Shown: one piece after another, positions 1 to 11,629 of the stretch
Layout: every line of letters begins with the position of its first letter
Position numbering within the stretch: position 1 is the first letter of the stretch
Sequence record: ON528735
DNA: 64,000 nt
DNA from: Shigella phage ESh25
Direction: 5' to 3' (one strand)
Position numbers and translations under genes: made by a program
Notes under the pieces: model-generated
Databases searched by the model: none
What the model saw: only the letters and a program-made list of their open reading frames with translations
What the model was told of the DNA's origin: nothing

Positions 1-682
<682 letters not shown>

Positions 683-683
<1 letters not shown>

Positions 684-1408
684 TATAGTACCTTTAGTGT
701 ATTTTTAATTTTAGAAAAAAGTTCTTCAAGAGAACCATCGTTTGTAATTACTAAATCGCCATCACGAATTGGCAATCCAGCTTCTGTAATATGAGTATCA
801 TTGGATTTTTGACCAGGACGAACTACATGAATTACTGTAGCACCCATCGCCCTAGCCGCATCCATTTCATGATCTTGACGAGTATCAGGAACGATATAAT
901 AATCATAACCTGAGTTAAATTTATCAAGATAATCTAAAGCAAATAATTTTACCCAATACATGCGGTCGAAGTTATTAACAATCAAATCCGTACCTAGGGC
1001 TTGCATCAGACGACGGACTGACCATTGATCTTCAATATTATTTATAACGTCAATAATCTTGTTAAATGCTACGGAATTAACTGATTCTTGTCCTTCGTCA
1101 TCAAAAACAAACACACCCTTAATTGGGCTTTTACCATTAAGATAGCAAAATGCTTGTTCCATAATCGTGATTACTTCTAATTTAGTCAGATTTAAATTAG
1201 TCTCACGATCATAGTCAATTCCTTCAAACTCTTTACGAGTTAAGCAAGGATAGTCAGTGTTTGCTGCAAATACTCCCCATGCATAAGCCAATGCATCCTT
1301 AATAGGACCAGCAAGTTGGTATTTAACTGCAGAATAATTACTCATGATAAAATCTGCAGTAGTATCTTTTCCACTACGCTTTACACCACTTAAAAAGATT
1401 AGTTTCAT
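683..1408 (-). CDS. 1: deoxynucleoside monophosphate kinase (gp1)
   Basis: P-loop SGVKRSGKDT near N-terminus. Start placed at the internal Met (MKLIFLSG, 241 aa) because it has a GAGGAG SD and the track Met at 1447 lies upstream of the predicted middle promoter. Confidence 0.85.
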
Positions 1409-1433
1409 ATGTTTCTCCTCAAATTTAATTAAG

Positions 1434-1457
1434 ATTATAACACACAAAACTGAAGCA
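1434..1457 (-). promoter_or_regulatory. MotA-dependent middle promoter for gene 1 (MotA box TGCTTCA, 11-nt spacer, -10 TATAAT)
   Basis: Minus strand reads aaTGCTTCAgttttgtgtgTTATAATctt about 26 nt upstream of the gene 1 ATG; coordinates +/-2 nt. Confidence 0.5.
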
Positions 1458-1988
1458 TTAAACTTCTGCTATAATTTTTCCATCTTTTTCTACTTGAAAA
1501 TACGTATAAGGAATCGTTGCTGTACATACTAAAGCTGGGTCTGAATCTTCCGTGTAGCTAAATTCTACTTCAGACAGGTCAGAAACCCAAGGCTTATAAA
1601 AATTTATTGACATCACGATTTCAGTTTTACTATTATCTAAAATGTAAAGCGTAATGTATTCAGGACCTGTTTTTTGGGCAGTATTTTCGCCTGTAAGATA
1701 GTTACTAGTTCCTAGCATCCATTCATACATTCCTATCCACGACTTAAGTTCTTCATCAACTATAAATCTCACAATGAGTGGATCATACTCAAATGTAACA
1801 CCTGGACGTTGTGCTCGGCCCAGTCCAAACGGCCCAGTCACGGTATCAGTAACAGGTATTCTAATTCCTGGAATAGGAACTGACTGAGCGTTTAAAGTAA
1901 AAGCAGATGTAGTATTACTATGTGGTATTGATACTACAAAGTTAGTTGTATTTGCTTGGTTAAAAATTTGTTGCAGAGCTTGCGACAT
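1458..1988 (-). CDS. 3: gp3 tail completion / sheath stabiliser protein
   Basis: Track ORF is 203 aa; internal Met (MSQALQQIF...) gives 176 aa, preceded by GAGGAA SD; position between genes 1 and 2. Confidence 0.8.
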   Translation of the reverse strand: MSQALQQIFNQANTTNFVVSIPHSNTTSAFTLNAQSVPIPGIRIPVTDTVTGPFGLGRAQRPGVTFEYDPLIVRFIVDEELKSWIGMYEWMLGTSNYLTGENTAQKTGPEYITLYILDNSKTEIVMSINFYKPWVSDLSEVEFSYTEDSDPALVCTATIPYTYFQVEKDGKIIAEV

Positions 1989-2094
1989 ATATTCCTCATA
2001 ATGCTTTATAACTGTTGGTGGTATAATGGGTCTAAGTCCCTTCCATTCAATTCCATTTAGAACAAACAACAGAAAAGAATGGAAGATAATAGAA

Positions 2095-2919
2095 TTAAAT
2101 ATTTGACCAGACTTTGTTTGCAGAGAAACGTTTTCCTTTTGAAACGAACTGCTGAAGTGGCATCAACACAACGTTCGCCCAGTCTTTCGGGGCGATTTCA
2201 ACAAGGCTACCCATAATATTACCAGGTATATATGCCTTAATCATTTGGTCTGCACCCCTAAATCCTTTCACTTGACTCCAATCAATTTTTAATTTCGTTT
2301 TATTAGTAATAGTAGGTGTATTTGAATATTGCTTTAAAAGCTCTTCTAGGAATTGCTGACGAGCTTTAGGTGGAATATAGTGCAAGTTCAATCCGTACAT
2401 TAAATTATGCTTACCTAAACCAAGGTAAATTATTAAAGGAAATTTATCCCAGTAAGGAAGAGTTTCCTTGTGTTTAGCATCATAAGCAAAAGCATATATT
2501 CGTCCCGGCTGCGGGCGAACAACTTTATGTCCTTTTACTTGCTTAATAGTTTCAGCAAACCACTTTCTGGTTTTATTATTAATTGCTGCACCTTCATTAC
2601 GAATTTTATCACGCAATGTTTGCCTGAATGAATTTATCATAAGCAGTTGTCTTTCTTGCTTATTGAGTTTATTCATTGGTTTTGATTCAAGCTTTTGAAT
2701 CTTTTCAGCCGTTTTAATTCCTGAAGCATATTTTGACATTGCCGAAGTAAACGTAGAGTATTTAATTCCTCTTTCTTCAGCAAATTGCTTTCCTGACATT
2801 CCTTTTGCTTTGGCCTTTTTATATTCAAGACCTATCTGAATCCATTTCTTTTCGTTTAATGATTGCTTAACCTTTGGAACTTGGGGAGTGCTTTCATTAA
2901 TTATTTGAAAAATAGCCAT
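2095..2919 (-). CDS. 2: gp2 DNA end-protector protein
   Basis: 274-aa basic protein, T4 gp2 length and position; stop/start overlap with gene 4. Confidence 0.85.
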   Translation of the reverse strand: MAIFQIINESTPQVPKVKQSLNEKKWIQIGLEYKKAKAKGMSGKQFAEERGIKYSTFTSAMSKYASGIKTAEKIQKLESKPMNKLNKQERQLLMINSFRQTLRDKIRNEGAAINNKTRKWFAETIKQVKGHKVVRPQPGRIYAFAYDAKHKETLPYWDKFPLIIYLGLGKHNLMYGLNLHYIPPKARQQFLEELLKQYSNTPTITNKTKLKIDWSQVKGFRGADQMIKAYIPGNIMGSLVEIAPKDWANVVLMPLQQFVSKGKRFSANKVWSNI

Positions 2920-3371
2920 TATGCCCCCTTAAAGCCAAGAGCTCGTAATCCATCTTCTGTTAGAATTCTAAATTTTATTCCACGCTTTTCAGCTAAAGAT
3001 TGCGCTGCTTTCCATTTGTCAGTATTAACGGAATATGTATAAATTTCATTCATAAATCTTTTCTTCGCTGCAGTTGTTAGATGTGCTGGTTTAACTGGTG
3101 GTTGTGTTTCTTTTTTAGGTTTTATTTCAATAAAAAATTCTTGTCCAGAAGAATCTTTCATCCAAATATCCATGAAGTATCTACGTTTTTTCCCTTCTGC
3201 ATTACAAAAATAAGGAATTACTGCTGTTTCACTACCCCATGCAATAATTTCTGGATTTTTATCTAACCATTCAAAAAAGAATTTTTCCCAATTTGATCTA
3301 TACGTAATTTTTTTAGGGTCACCTCTATACTTTGATATATTTTTAGGAACCCATTTTCCAGAATATGCCAT
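2919..3371 (-). CDS. 4: gp4 head completion protein
   Basis: 150 aa, matches T4 gp4 length and position; GGAG SD upstream. Confidence 0.85.
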   Translation of the reverse strand: MAYSGKWVPKNISKYRGDPKKITYRSNWEKFFFEWLDKNPEIIAWGSETAVIPYFCNAEGKKRRYFMDIWMKDSSGQEFFIEIKPKKETQPPVKPAHLTTAAKKRFMNEIYTYSVNTDKWKAAQSLAEKRGIKFRILTEDGLRALGFKGA

Positions 3372-3382
3372 TGGATTCTCCT

Positions 3383-3390
3383 TATAAATA
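3383..3390 (+). promoter_or_regulatory. late promoter TATAAATA for gene 53
   Basis: Exact TATAAATA about 29 nt upstream of the gene 53 ATG. Confidence 0.7.
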
Positions 3391-3397
3391 GATAATA

Positions 3398-3405
3398 TAT
3401 TTATA
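3398..3405 (-). promoter_or_regulatory. late promoter TATAAATA (minus strand) for genes 4/2/3, divergent from the gene 53 promoter
   Basis: Plus strand reads tatttata, i.e. TATAAATA on the minus strand, about 27 nt upstream of the gene 4 ATG. Confidence 0.6.
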
Positions 3406-3418
3406 AACAGGAGGGCCC

Positions 3419-4009
3419 ATGCTCTTTACATTTTTTGATCCGATTGAATATGCGGCCAAAACGGTGAATAAAAACGCGCCGACTATTCCTATGACAGATA
3501 TTTTTAGAAACTATAAAGACTATTTTAAACGCGCTCTTGCGGGATACCGCTTACGTACTTATTATATTAAAGGTTCACCACGCCCGGAAGAATTAGCAAA
3601 TACTATATATGGAAATCCACAGTTGTATTGGGTTTTATTGATGTGTAATGATAATTATGATCCATATTATGGATGGATTACTTCACAAGAAGCAGCTTAT
3701 CAAGCATCTATACAAAAATACAAAAATGTAGGTGGAGACCAAATAGTATATCATGTAAATGAGAATGGTGAAAAATTTTATAATTTAATATCATACGATG
3801 ATAATCCATATGTTTGGTATGACAAAGGTGATAAAGCTAGAAAATATCCTCAATATGAAGGAGCACTTGCTGCGGTCGATACGTATGAAGCTGCTGTTCT
3901 TGAAAATGAAAAACTTCGTCAAATAAAAATAATAGCAAAATCAGACATTAATTCATTTATGAACGACCTTATACGTATAATGGAGAAATCTTATGGAAAT
4001 GATAAGTAA
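3419..4009 (+). CDS. 53: gp53 baseplate wedge protein
   Basis: 196 aa, T4 gp53 length; precedes gene 5; GGAGGG SD. Confidence 0.9.
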   Translation: MLFTFFDPIEYAAKTVNKNAPTIPMTDIFRNYKDYFKRALAGYRLRTYYIKGSPRPEELANTIYGNPQLYWVLLMCNDNYDPYYGWITSQEAAYQASIQKYKNVGGDQIVYHVNENGEKFYNLISYDDNPYVWYDKGDKARKYPQYEGALAAVDTYEAAVLENEKLRQIKIIAKSDINSFMNDLIRIMEKSYGNDK

Positions 4010-5720
4010 TAACCTTAATTGGTTTGTTGGTGTTGTTGAAGATAGAATGGACCCATTAAAATTAGGTCGTGTTCGTGTTCGTGTGGTTGGTCTACATCCA
4101 CCTCAAAGAGCACAAGGCGATGTAATGGGTATTCCAACTGAAAAATTACCATGGATGTCAGTTATTCAACCTATAACTTCTGCAGCGATGTCAGGAATTG
4201 GAGGTTCTGTTACAGGGCCAGTAGAAGGAACTAGAGTTTATGGTCATTTTTTAGACAAATGGAAAACTAATGGAATTGTCCTTGGCACGTATGGTGGAAT
4301 AGTTCGCGAAAAACCGAATAGACTTGAAGGATTTTCTGATCCAACTGGGCAATATCCTAGACGTTTAGGAAATGATACGAACGTATTAAACCAAGGCGGA
4401 GAAGTAGGATATGATTCCTCTTCTAACGTTATTCAAGATAGTAACTTAGACACCGCAATAAATCCCGATGATAGACCACTATCAGAGATTCCAACCGATG
4501 ATAATCCAAATATGTCAATGGCTGAAATGCTTCGCCGTGATGAAGGATTAAGATTAAAAGTTTATTGGGATACCGAAGGATATCCGACAATTGGTATTGG
4601 TCATCTTATCATGAAGCAGCCAGTTCGTGATATGGCTCAAATTAATAAAGTTTTATCAAAACAAGTTGGTCGTGAAATTACAGGAAATCCAGGTTCTATT
4701 ACAATGGAAGAGGCGACGACTTTATTTGAGCGTGATTTGGCTGATATGCAACGTGACATTAAATCACATTCTAAAGTAGGACCAGTCTGGCAAGCTGTCA
4801 ACCGTTCTCGTCAAATGGCGTTAGAAAATATGGCATTTCAGATGGGTGTTGGTGGTGTAGCTAAATTTAACACAATGTTAACTGCTATGTTAGCAGGAGA
4901 TTGGGAAAAAGCGTATAAAGCCGGTCGTGATTCATTGTGGTATCAACAAACAAAGGGTCGTGCATCCCGTGTTACCATGATTATTCTTACGGGAAATTTG
5001 GAATCATATGGTGTTGAAGTGAAAACACCAGCTAGGTCTTTATCTGCAATGGCTGCTACTGTAGCTAAATCTTCTGACCCTGCTGATCCTCCTATTCCAA
5101 ATGACTCGAGAATTTTATTCAAAGAACCAGTTTCTTCATATAAAGGTGAGTATCCTTATGTGCATACGATGGAAACTGAAAGTGGACATATCCAAGAATT
5201 TGATGATACCCCTGGGCAAGAACGATACAGATTAGTTCATCCAACTGGAACTTATGAAGAAGTATCACCGTCAGGAAGAAGAACAAGAAAAACTGTTGAT
5301 AATTTGTATGATATAACAAATGCTGATGGTAATTTTTTGGTAGCCGGTGATAAAAAGACTAACGTCGGTGGATCAGAAATTTATTACAACATGGATAATC
5401 GTTTACATCAAATCGATGGAAGCAATACAATATTTGTACGTGGCGATGAAACTAAGACGGTTGAAGGTAATGGAACTATCCTAGTTAAAGGTAATGTTAC
5501 TATTGTAGTTGAAGGTAATGCTGACATTACAGTTAAAGGAGATGCTACCACTTTAGTTGAAGGTAATCAAACTAATACAGTAAATGGAAATCTTTCTTGG
5601 AAAGTTGCTGGGACAGTTGATTGGGACGTTGGTGGTGATTGGACAGAAAAAATGGCATCTATGAGTTCTATTTCATCTGGTCAATACACAATTGATGGAT
5701 CGAGGATTGACATTGGCTAA
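3993..5720 (+). CDS. 5: gp5 baseplate hub / tail lysozyme (cell-puncturing device)
   Basis: 575 aa; central T4-lysozyme-like domain (YWDTEGYPTIGIGHLI); C-terminal VxGxxxxx beta-helix repeats. Confidence 0.95.
   Translation: MEMISNNLNWFVGVVEDRMDPLKLGRVRVRVVGLHPPQRAQGDVMGIPTEKLPWMSVIQPITSAAMSGIGGSVTGPVEGTRVYGHFLDKWKTNGIVLGTYGGIVREKPNRLEGFSDPTGQYPRRLGNDTNVLNQGGEVGYDSSSNVIQDSNLDTAINPDDRPLSEIPTDDNPNMSMAEMLRRDEGLRLKVYWDTEGYPTIGIGHLIMKQPVRDMAQINKVLSKQVGREITGNPGSITMEEATTLFERDLADMQRDIKSHSKVGPVWQAVNRSRQMALENMAFQMGVGGVAKFNTMLTAMLAGDWEKAYKAGRDSLWYQQTKGRASRVTMIILTGNLESYGVEVKTPARSLSAMAATVAKSSDPADPPIPNDSRILFKEPVSSYKGEYPYVHTMETESGHIQEFDDTPGQERYRLVHPTGTYEEVSPSGRRTRKTVDNLYDITNADGNFLVAGDKKTNVGGSEIYYNMDNRLHQIDGSNTIFVRGDETKTVEGNGTILVKGNVTIVVEGNADITVKGDATTLVEGNQTNTVNGNLSWKVAGTVDWDVGGDWTEKMASMSSISSGQYTIDGSRIDIG
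5425..5640 (+). repeat. 24-nt periodic coding repeat encoding the gp5 triple beta-helix (VEGNGTIL VKGNVTIV VEGNADIT VKGDATTL VEGNQTNT)
   Basis: Octapeptide periodicity visible in the translation and as repeated gttgaaggtaat / gttaaaggtaat units. Confidence 0.7.
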
Positions 5721-5754
5721 TATACTTCCAATGAGCGCTGATTTAGGAGAATCC

Positions 5755-6249
5755 ATGGAAGGTTCTTCTATCGACGTCACCTTTACCGCTCAATTAGAAA
5801 CAGGTGAAACGTTAGTATCTATAAATATAACTAGTTACGAAGAAACTCCTGGGGTTTTAGTAGAAGAAAATCGCTTATATGGAACATATGAATCTGTGTT
5901 TGGATTTGGAGATGACGCGTTGAAATATCGTTTAAGCGATGAATTTAAAACTGCTGCTTCATGGGAAGAACTTCCTACTGATTCTGATACTCAGTTGTAT
6001 TTATGGAAAGCTCCTCAAAACCTCCAGAAGACATTCACTTACGAAGTAACATTAATATATGACTACCAAGAACAAAGTGAATCTGGAGGTTCTGGCAGTA
6101 ATTCTAGGTCATCTTCTGATACTACTGAACCGACGGATCCTCCTGCTCCAGTAAGAAAAACTCTAGTTAAAAATTACACAAAAACTATAGTTGGAAATTG
6201 GAGTCGTTGGGCTAATAAATTAAGAAGCTATGTATATGAGAGGTCATAA
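5755..6249 (+). CDS. hypothetical protein (T4 5.1 position)
   Basis: Track ORF 5692-6249 overlaps the gene 5 3' end. Start chosen at the Met preceded by TAGGAG SD (MEGSSIDV...); alternatives are 5692 and 5731. Confidence 0.55.
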
Positions 6250-6543
6250 ATGTCAGGATTGAGTTATGATAAGTGTGTTACTGCTGGCCATGAAGCGTGG
6301 CCTCCAACAGTTGTGAATGCTACGCAAAGTAAAGTATTCACTGGAGGAATTGCTGTTCTAGTAGCAGGCGATCCAATTACAGAACATACAGAAATTAAAA
6401 AGCCATATGAAACACATGGCGGAGTGACACAACCTAGAACTTCTAAGGTATATGTCACTGGAAAGAAAGCTGTTCAAATGGCTGATCCAATATCATGCGG
6501 TGATACTGTGGCTCAGGCATCATCTAAAGTATTCATTAAATAG
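6250..6543 (+). CDS. 5.4: gp5.4 PAAR-like spike tip protein
   Basis: 97 aa, small Gly/Val-rich beta protein directly after gene 5 and 5.1; T4 5.4 length and position. Confidence 0.8.
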
Positions 6544-6551
6544 GATTTAAA

Positions 6552-8534
6552 ATGGCAAATACCCCTGTAAATTATCAATTAACAAGAACAGCAAATGCTA
6601 TTCCCGAGATATTCGTCGGGGGTACGTTTGCTGAAATAAAACAAAACCTCATTGAATGGCTTAATGGCCAAAATGAATTTTTGGATTATGATTTTGAAGG
6701 CTCAAGATTAAACGTTCTGTGTGACCTTTTAGCTTATAATACATTGTACATTCAACAGTTTGGTAATGCTGCTGTGTATGAAAGCTTTATGCGTACTGCT
6801 AACTTACGAAGTTCAGTTGTTCAAGCTGCACAAGATAACGGATATTTACCTACTTCAAAATCCGCTGCGCAGACCGAAATTATGTTAACATGCACCGACG
6901 CATTGAATAGGAATTACATTACTATTCCTCGCGGAACTCGCTTTTTAGCATATGCAAAAGATACTTCTGTTAATCCATATAACTTCGTTTCTACCGAAGA
7001 CGTTATTGCTATTCGTGATAAAAATAACCAATATTTTCCGCGTTTAAAATTGGCCCAGGGACGTATAGTAAGAACTGAAATCATTTATGATAAATTAACA
7101 CCTATTATCATTTATGATAAAAATATTGATAGAAACCAGGTTAAATTATATGTTGATGGAGCGGAATGGATTAACTGGACGAGAAAGTCAATGGTTCATG
7201 CTGGTTCAACATCAACGATTTACTATATGCGTGAAACTATTGATGGAAACACTGAATTCTATTTTGGTGAAGGTGAAATTTCTGTTAATGCTTCTGAAGG
7301 AGCTTTAACTGCCAATTATATCGGAGGTCTTAAACCTACTCAGAACTCTACGATTGTTATTGAGTACATCAGTACTAATGGTGCTGACGCGAACGGAGCA
7401 GTCGGATTTTCATACGCAGATACATTAACAAATATAACTGTTATCAATATTAATGAAAATCCAAACGATGACCCAGATTTTGTTGGGGCAGATGGAGGCG
7501 GTGATCCAGAAGATATTGAGCGTATTCGCGAATTGGGTACTATTAAACGCGAAACCCAGCAACGATGCGTAACTGCGACTGATTATGATACATTCGTTTC
7601 AGAGAGATTCGGTTCTATTATTCAGGCGGTTCAGACTTTCACTGATTCTACTAAACCTGGTTATGCATTTATTGCTGCTAAACCTAAATCAGGACTATAT
7701 TTAACTACTGTACAACGCGAAGATATTAAAAATTATCTCAAAGATTATAATTTAGCTCCTATTACACCATCAATTATTTCTCCTAATTATCTTTTTGTTA
7801 AGACTAATTTAAAAGTCACATATGCTTTAAATAAGCTGCAAGAATCAGAACAGTGGCTAGAAGGTCAAATAATTGATAAAATTGATCGTTATTATACCGA
7901 AGATGTAGAAATTTTTAACTCATCTTTCGCTAAGTCTAAGATGTTAACTTATGTAGATGATGCAGATCATTCTATCATTGGTTCATCAGCGACTATTCAA
8001 ATGGTTCGTGAAGTACAAAACTTCTATAAAACGCCTGAAGCTGGTATTAAATACAATAATCAAATAAAAGACCGTTCTATGGAATCTAATACGTTTTCAT
8101 TTAATTCTGGACGAAAAGTTGTAAATCCTGATACTGGTTTAGAAGAAGATGTATTATATGACGTTCGCATAGTATCAACAGACCGAGATTCTAAAGGAAT
8201 TGGTAAAGTTATTATTGGTCCATTTGCTTCTGGCGATGTTACAGAAAATGAAAACATTCAGCCATATACAGGCAATGATTTTAATAAATTAGCAAATTCT
8301 GATGGACGCGACAAATACTATGTTATCGGTGAAATAAATTATCCAGCTGATGTGATTTATTGGAATATCGCTAAAATTAATTTAACATCTGAAAAATTTG
8401 AAGTTCAGACTATTGAATTATATTCTGACCCAACCGATGATGTTATCTTTACTCGCGATGGTTCACTGATTGTATTTGAAAATGACTTACGTCCACAATA
8501 CTTAACTATCGATTTGGAGCCTATACCACAATGA
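6552..8534 (+). CDS. 6: gp6 baseplate wedge protein
   Basis: 660 aa, T4 gp6 length; synteny. Confidence 0.9.
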   Translation: MANTPVNYQLTRTANAIPEIFVGGTFAEIKQNLIEWLNGQNEFLDYDFEGSRLNVLCDLLAYNTLYIQQFGNAAVYESFMRTANLRSSVVQAAQDNGYLPTSKSAAQTEIMLTCTDALNRNYITIPRGTRFLAYAKDTSVNPYNFVSTEDVIAIRDKNNQYFPRLKLAQGRIVRTEIIYDKLTPIIIYDKNIDRNQVKLYVDGAEWINWTRKSMVHAGSTSTIYYMRETIDGNTEFYFGEGEISVNASEGALTANYIGGLKPTQNSTIVIEYISTNGADANGAVGFSYADTLTNITVININENPNDDPDFVGADGGGDPEDIERIRELGTIKRETQQRCVTATDYDTFVSERFGSIIQAVQTFTDSTKPGYAFIAAKPKSGLYLTTVQREDIKNYLKDYNLAPITPSIISPNYLFVKTNLKVTYALNKLQESEQWLEGQIIDKIDRYYTEDVEIFNSSFAKSKMLTYVDDADHSIIGSSATIQMVREVQNFYKTPEAGIKYNNQIKDRSMESNTFSFNSGRKVVNPDTGLEEDVLYDVRIVSTDRDSKGIGKVIIGPFASGDVTENENIQPYTGNDFNKLANSDGRDKYYVIGEINYPADVIYWNIAKINLTSEKFEVQTIELYSDPTDDVIFTRDGSLIVFENDLRPQYLTIDLEPIPQ

Positions 8535-11500
8535 CAGTAAAAGCACCTTCAGTCACTAGTCTCAGAATTTCCAAGTTATCCGCAAATCAGGTGCAAGTAC
8601 GCTGGGATGACGTTGGTGCTAATTTCTACTATTTTGTAGAAATCGCTGAGACAAAAACAAACTCGGGGGAAAATCTCCCGAGTAATCAATACAGATGGAT
8701 TAACTTAGGATATACTGCAAATAACAGCTTCTTTTTTGATGATGCTGACCCGTTGACATCATACATTATCAGAGTAGCTACGGCGGCTCAAGATTTTGAG
8801 CAGTCTGACTGGATTTATACCGAAGAGTTTGAAACTTTTGCTACGAATGCTTACACATTTCAAAATATGATTGAAATGCAATTAGCTAATAAATTCATTC
8901 AGGAAAAGTTCACTCTTAATAATTCTGATTATGTTAATTTTAATAATGACACCATAATGGCTGCATTGATGAATGAATCATTTCAGTTCAGCCCATCGTA
9001 TGCTGATGTCTCATCAATTAGTAATTTTATTATTGGTGAAAACGAGTATCATGAAATACAAGGTTCTATTCAGCAAGTATGTAAGGATATTAACCGAGTT
9101 TATTTGATGGAATCAGAAGGGATTCTATATCTTTTTGAGCGTTATCAACCCGTAGTTAAAGTATCAAATGATAAAGGACAAACTTGGAAAGCTGTAAAGC
9201 TCTTCAATGACCGTGTAGGATATCCTTTATCTAAGACTGTATATTACCAATCTGCGAACACTACATACGTTCTAGGATACGACAAGATTTTCTATGGCCG
9301 TAAATCGACTGACGTTAGATGGTCAGCAGATGATGTCAGATTCAGTTCACAGGATATAACATTTGCTAAATTAGGAGACCAACTTCATTTAGGATTCAAT
9401 GTTGAAATCTTCGCTACTTATGCTACTTTACCAGCGAATGTATACCGTATAGCTGAGGCTATTACTTGCACGGATGATTATATCTATGTTGTTGCCAGAG
9501 ATAAAGTTAGATACATAAAAACGAGTAATGCACCCATAGATTCTGATCCATTATCTCCAACATATTCGGAAAGACTTTTTGAACCTGACACAATGACTAT
9601 AACCGGAAATCCTAAAGCAGTATGCTATAAAATGGATTCTGTTGGTGATAAAGTTTTTGCTCTTATTATTGGTGAAGTTGAAACATTAAATGCCAATCCG
9701 AGAACATCAAAAATAATTGATTCTGCTGATAAAGGAATATATGTTTTAAACCATGATACGAAAACGTGGAAAAGAGTTTTTGGTAATACTGAAGAAGAAA
9801 GAAGACGTATTCAACCTGGATATGCGAATATGTCAACTGACGGTAAATTAGTTTCTCTGTCTTCGAGTAATTTTAAATTTTTAAGCGATAACGTTGTTAA
9901 TGACCCTGAAACTGCAGCAAAATATCAGTTAATTGGTGCTGTTAAATATGAATTTCCTCGTGAATGGTTAGCTGATAAGCATTATCATATGATGGCATTT
10001 ATAGCAGATGAAAAATCTGATTGGGAAACTTTTACGCCTCAGCCGATGAAATACTATGCAGAACCATTCTTTAACTGGTCTAAAAAATCTAACACGCGCT
10101 GTTGGATAAACAACTCTGATAGAGCTGTAGTAGTTTATGCTGATTTAAAATACACCAAAGTTATAGAAAATATTCCGGAAACATCACCAGATAGATTAGT
10201 TCATGAATACTGGGATGATGGTGATTGTACGATAGTAATGCCAAATGTTAAATTCACGGGATTTAAAAAATACGCGTCTGGGATGCTTTTTTATAAGTCT
10301 TCTGGTGAAATAATTTCTTACTATGATTTTAACTATCGAGTGAGAGACACGGTTGAAATAATTTGGAAGCCAACTGGAATATTTTTAAAAGCATTTTTAC
10401 AAAACCAAGAGCGCGAAACTCCTTGGTCTCCGGAAGAAGAGCATGGATTAGCTGATCCTGATTTAAGACCATTGATTGGCACAATGATGCCTGATTCTTA
10501 TTTGCTACAGGATTCTAATTTTGAGGCATTCTGCGAAGCATATATTCAGTATCTTTCTGATGGATATGGAACTCAGTATAATAATTTACGAAATTTAATT
10601 CGTAACCAATATCCGCGAGAAGAGCACGCGTGGGAATATTTGTGGTCAGAGATATATAAAAGAAACATTTATTTAAATGCTGATAAACGTGATGCTGTTA
10701 CAAGATTTTTTGAATCACGTAGCTATGATTTTTATTCTACTAAAGGAATTGAAGCATCATACAAATTTCTTTTTAAAGTTCTTTATAATGAAGAAGTTGA
10801 AATTGAAATTGAATCTGGAGCTGGTACTGAATATGATATAATCGTTCAATCTGATTCTTTGACCGAAGACTTAGTAGGACAAACGATTTATACAGCTACA
10901 GGAAGATGTAATGTTACTTATATAGAAAGAAGCTATTCTAATGGTAAATTGCAATGGACCGTAACTATTCATAATCTTTTGGGAAGATTAATTGCCGGTC
11001 AAGAAGTTAAAGCAGAAAGACTCCCTAGTTTCGAAGGCGAAATTATTCGCGGGGTTAAAGGAAAGGATTTGCTTCAAAATAATATAGACTATATTAATAG
11101 AAGTAGATCATATTATGTAATGAAAATTAAATCCAATTTACCTTCTTCCCGCTGGAAATCTGACGTTATTCGTTTTGTTCATCCAGTAGGATTTGGATTT
11201 ATAGCAATTACCCTTTTAACGATGTTTATTAATGTTGGTTTAACTCTTAAACACACAGAGACTATAATTAATAAATACAAAAACTACAAATGGGATTCTG
11301 GATTGCCTACTGAATATGCTGATAGAGTAGCTAAATTAACTCCAACTGGCGAAATTGAACATGATTCAGTAACAGGAGAAGCAATTTATGAACCTGGCCC
11401 AATGGCTGGTGTAAAATATCCTCTTCCTGATGACTATAATGCTGAAAATAGTAATTCAATATTTCAAGGTCAATTGCCTTCTGAACGACGCAAGTTAATG

Positions 11501-11629
11501 AGTCCTCTATTTGACGCATCTGGAACAACATTTGCACAGTTTAGGGATTTAGTTAATAAACGTCTAAAAGATAATATAGGAAATCCAAGAGACCCTGAAA
11601 ATCCAACACAGGTTAAAATAGATGAATGA
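8531..11629 (+). CDS. 7: gp7 baseplate wedge initiator
   Basis: 1032 aa, T4 gp7 length; ATGA overlap with gene 6. Confidence 0.9.
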   Translation: MTVKAPSVTSLRISKLSANQVQVRWDDVGANFYYFVEIAETKTNSGENLPSNQYRWINLGYTANNSFFFDDADPLTSYIIRVATAAQDFEQSDWIYTEEFETFATNAYTFQNMIEMQLANKFIQEKFTLNNSDYVNFNNDTIMAALMNESFQFSPSYADVSSISNFIIGENEYHEIQGSIQQVCKDINRVYLMESEGILYLFERYQPVVKVSNDKGQTWKAVKLFNDRVGYPLSKTVYYQSANTTYVLGYDKIFYGRKSTDVRWSADDVRFSSQDITFAKLGDQLHLGFNVEIFATYATLPANVYRIAEAITCTDDYIYVVARDKVRYIKTSNAPIDSDPLSPTYSERLFEPDTMTITGNPKAVCYKMDSVGDKVFALIIGEVETLNANPRTSKIIDSADKGIYVLNHDTKTWKRVFGNTEEERRRIQPGYANMSTDGKLVSLSSSNFKFLSDNVVNDPETAAKYQLIGAVKYEFPREWLADKHYHMMAFIADEKSDWETFTPQPMKYYAEPFFNWSKKSNTRCWINNSDRAVVVYADLKYTKVIENIPETSPDRLVHEYWDDGDCTIVMPNVKFTGFKKYASGMLFYKSSGEIISYYDFNYRVRDTVEIIWKPTGIFLKAFLQNQERETPWSPEEEHGLADPDLRPLIGTMMPDSYLLQDSNFEAFCEAYIQYLSDGYGTQYNNLRNLIRNQYPREEHAWEYLWSEIYKRNIYLNADKRDAVTRFFESRSYDFYSTKGIEASYKFLFKVLYNEEVEIEIESGAGTEYDIIVQSDSLTEDLVGQTIYTATGRCNVTYIERSYSNGKLQWTVTIHNLLGRLIAGQEVKAERLPSFEGEIIRGVKGKDLLQNNIDYINRSRSYYVMKIKSNLPSSRWKSDVIRFVHPVGFGFIAITLLTMFINVGLTLKHTETIINKYKNYKWDSGLPTEYADRVAKLTPTGEIEHDSVTGEAIYEPGPMAGVKYPLPDDYNAENSNSIFQGQLPSERRKLMSPLFDASGTTFAQFRDLVNKRLKDNIGNPRDPENPTQVKIDE

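Noticed and set aside
1408-1447. N-terminal 13-codon extension of gene 1 (track start at 1447)
   Set aside because: The upstream Met lacks an SD and would lie upstream of the predicted middle-promoter -10; the internal Met gives the canonical 241-aa kinase with GAGGAG SD.
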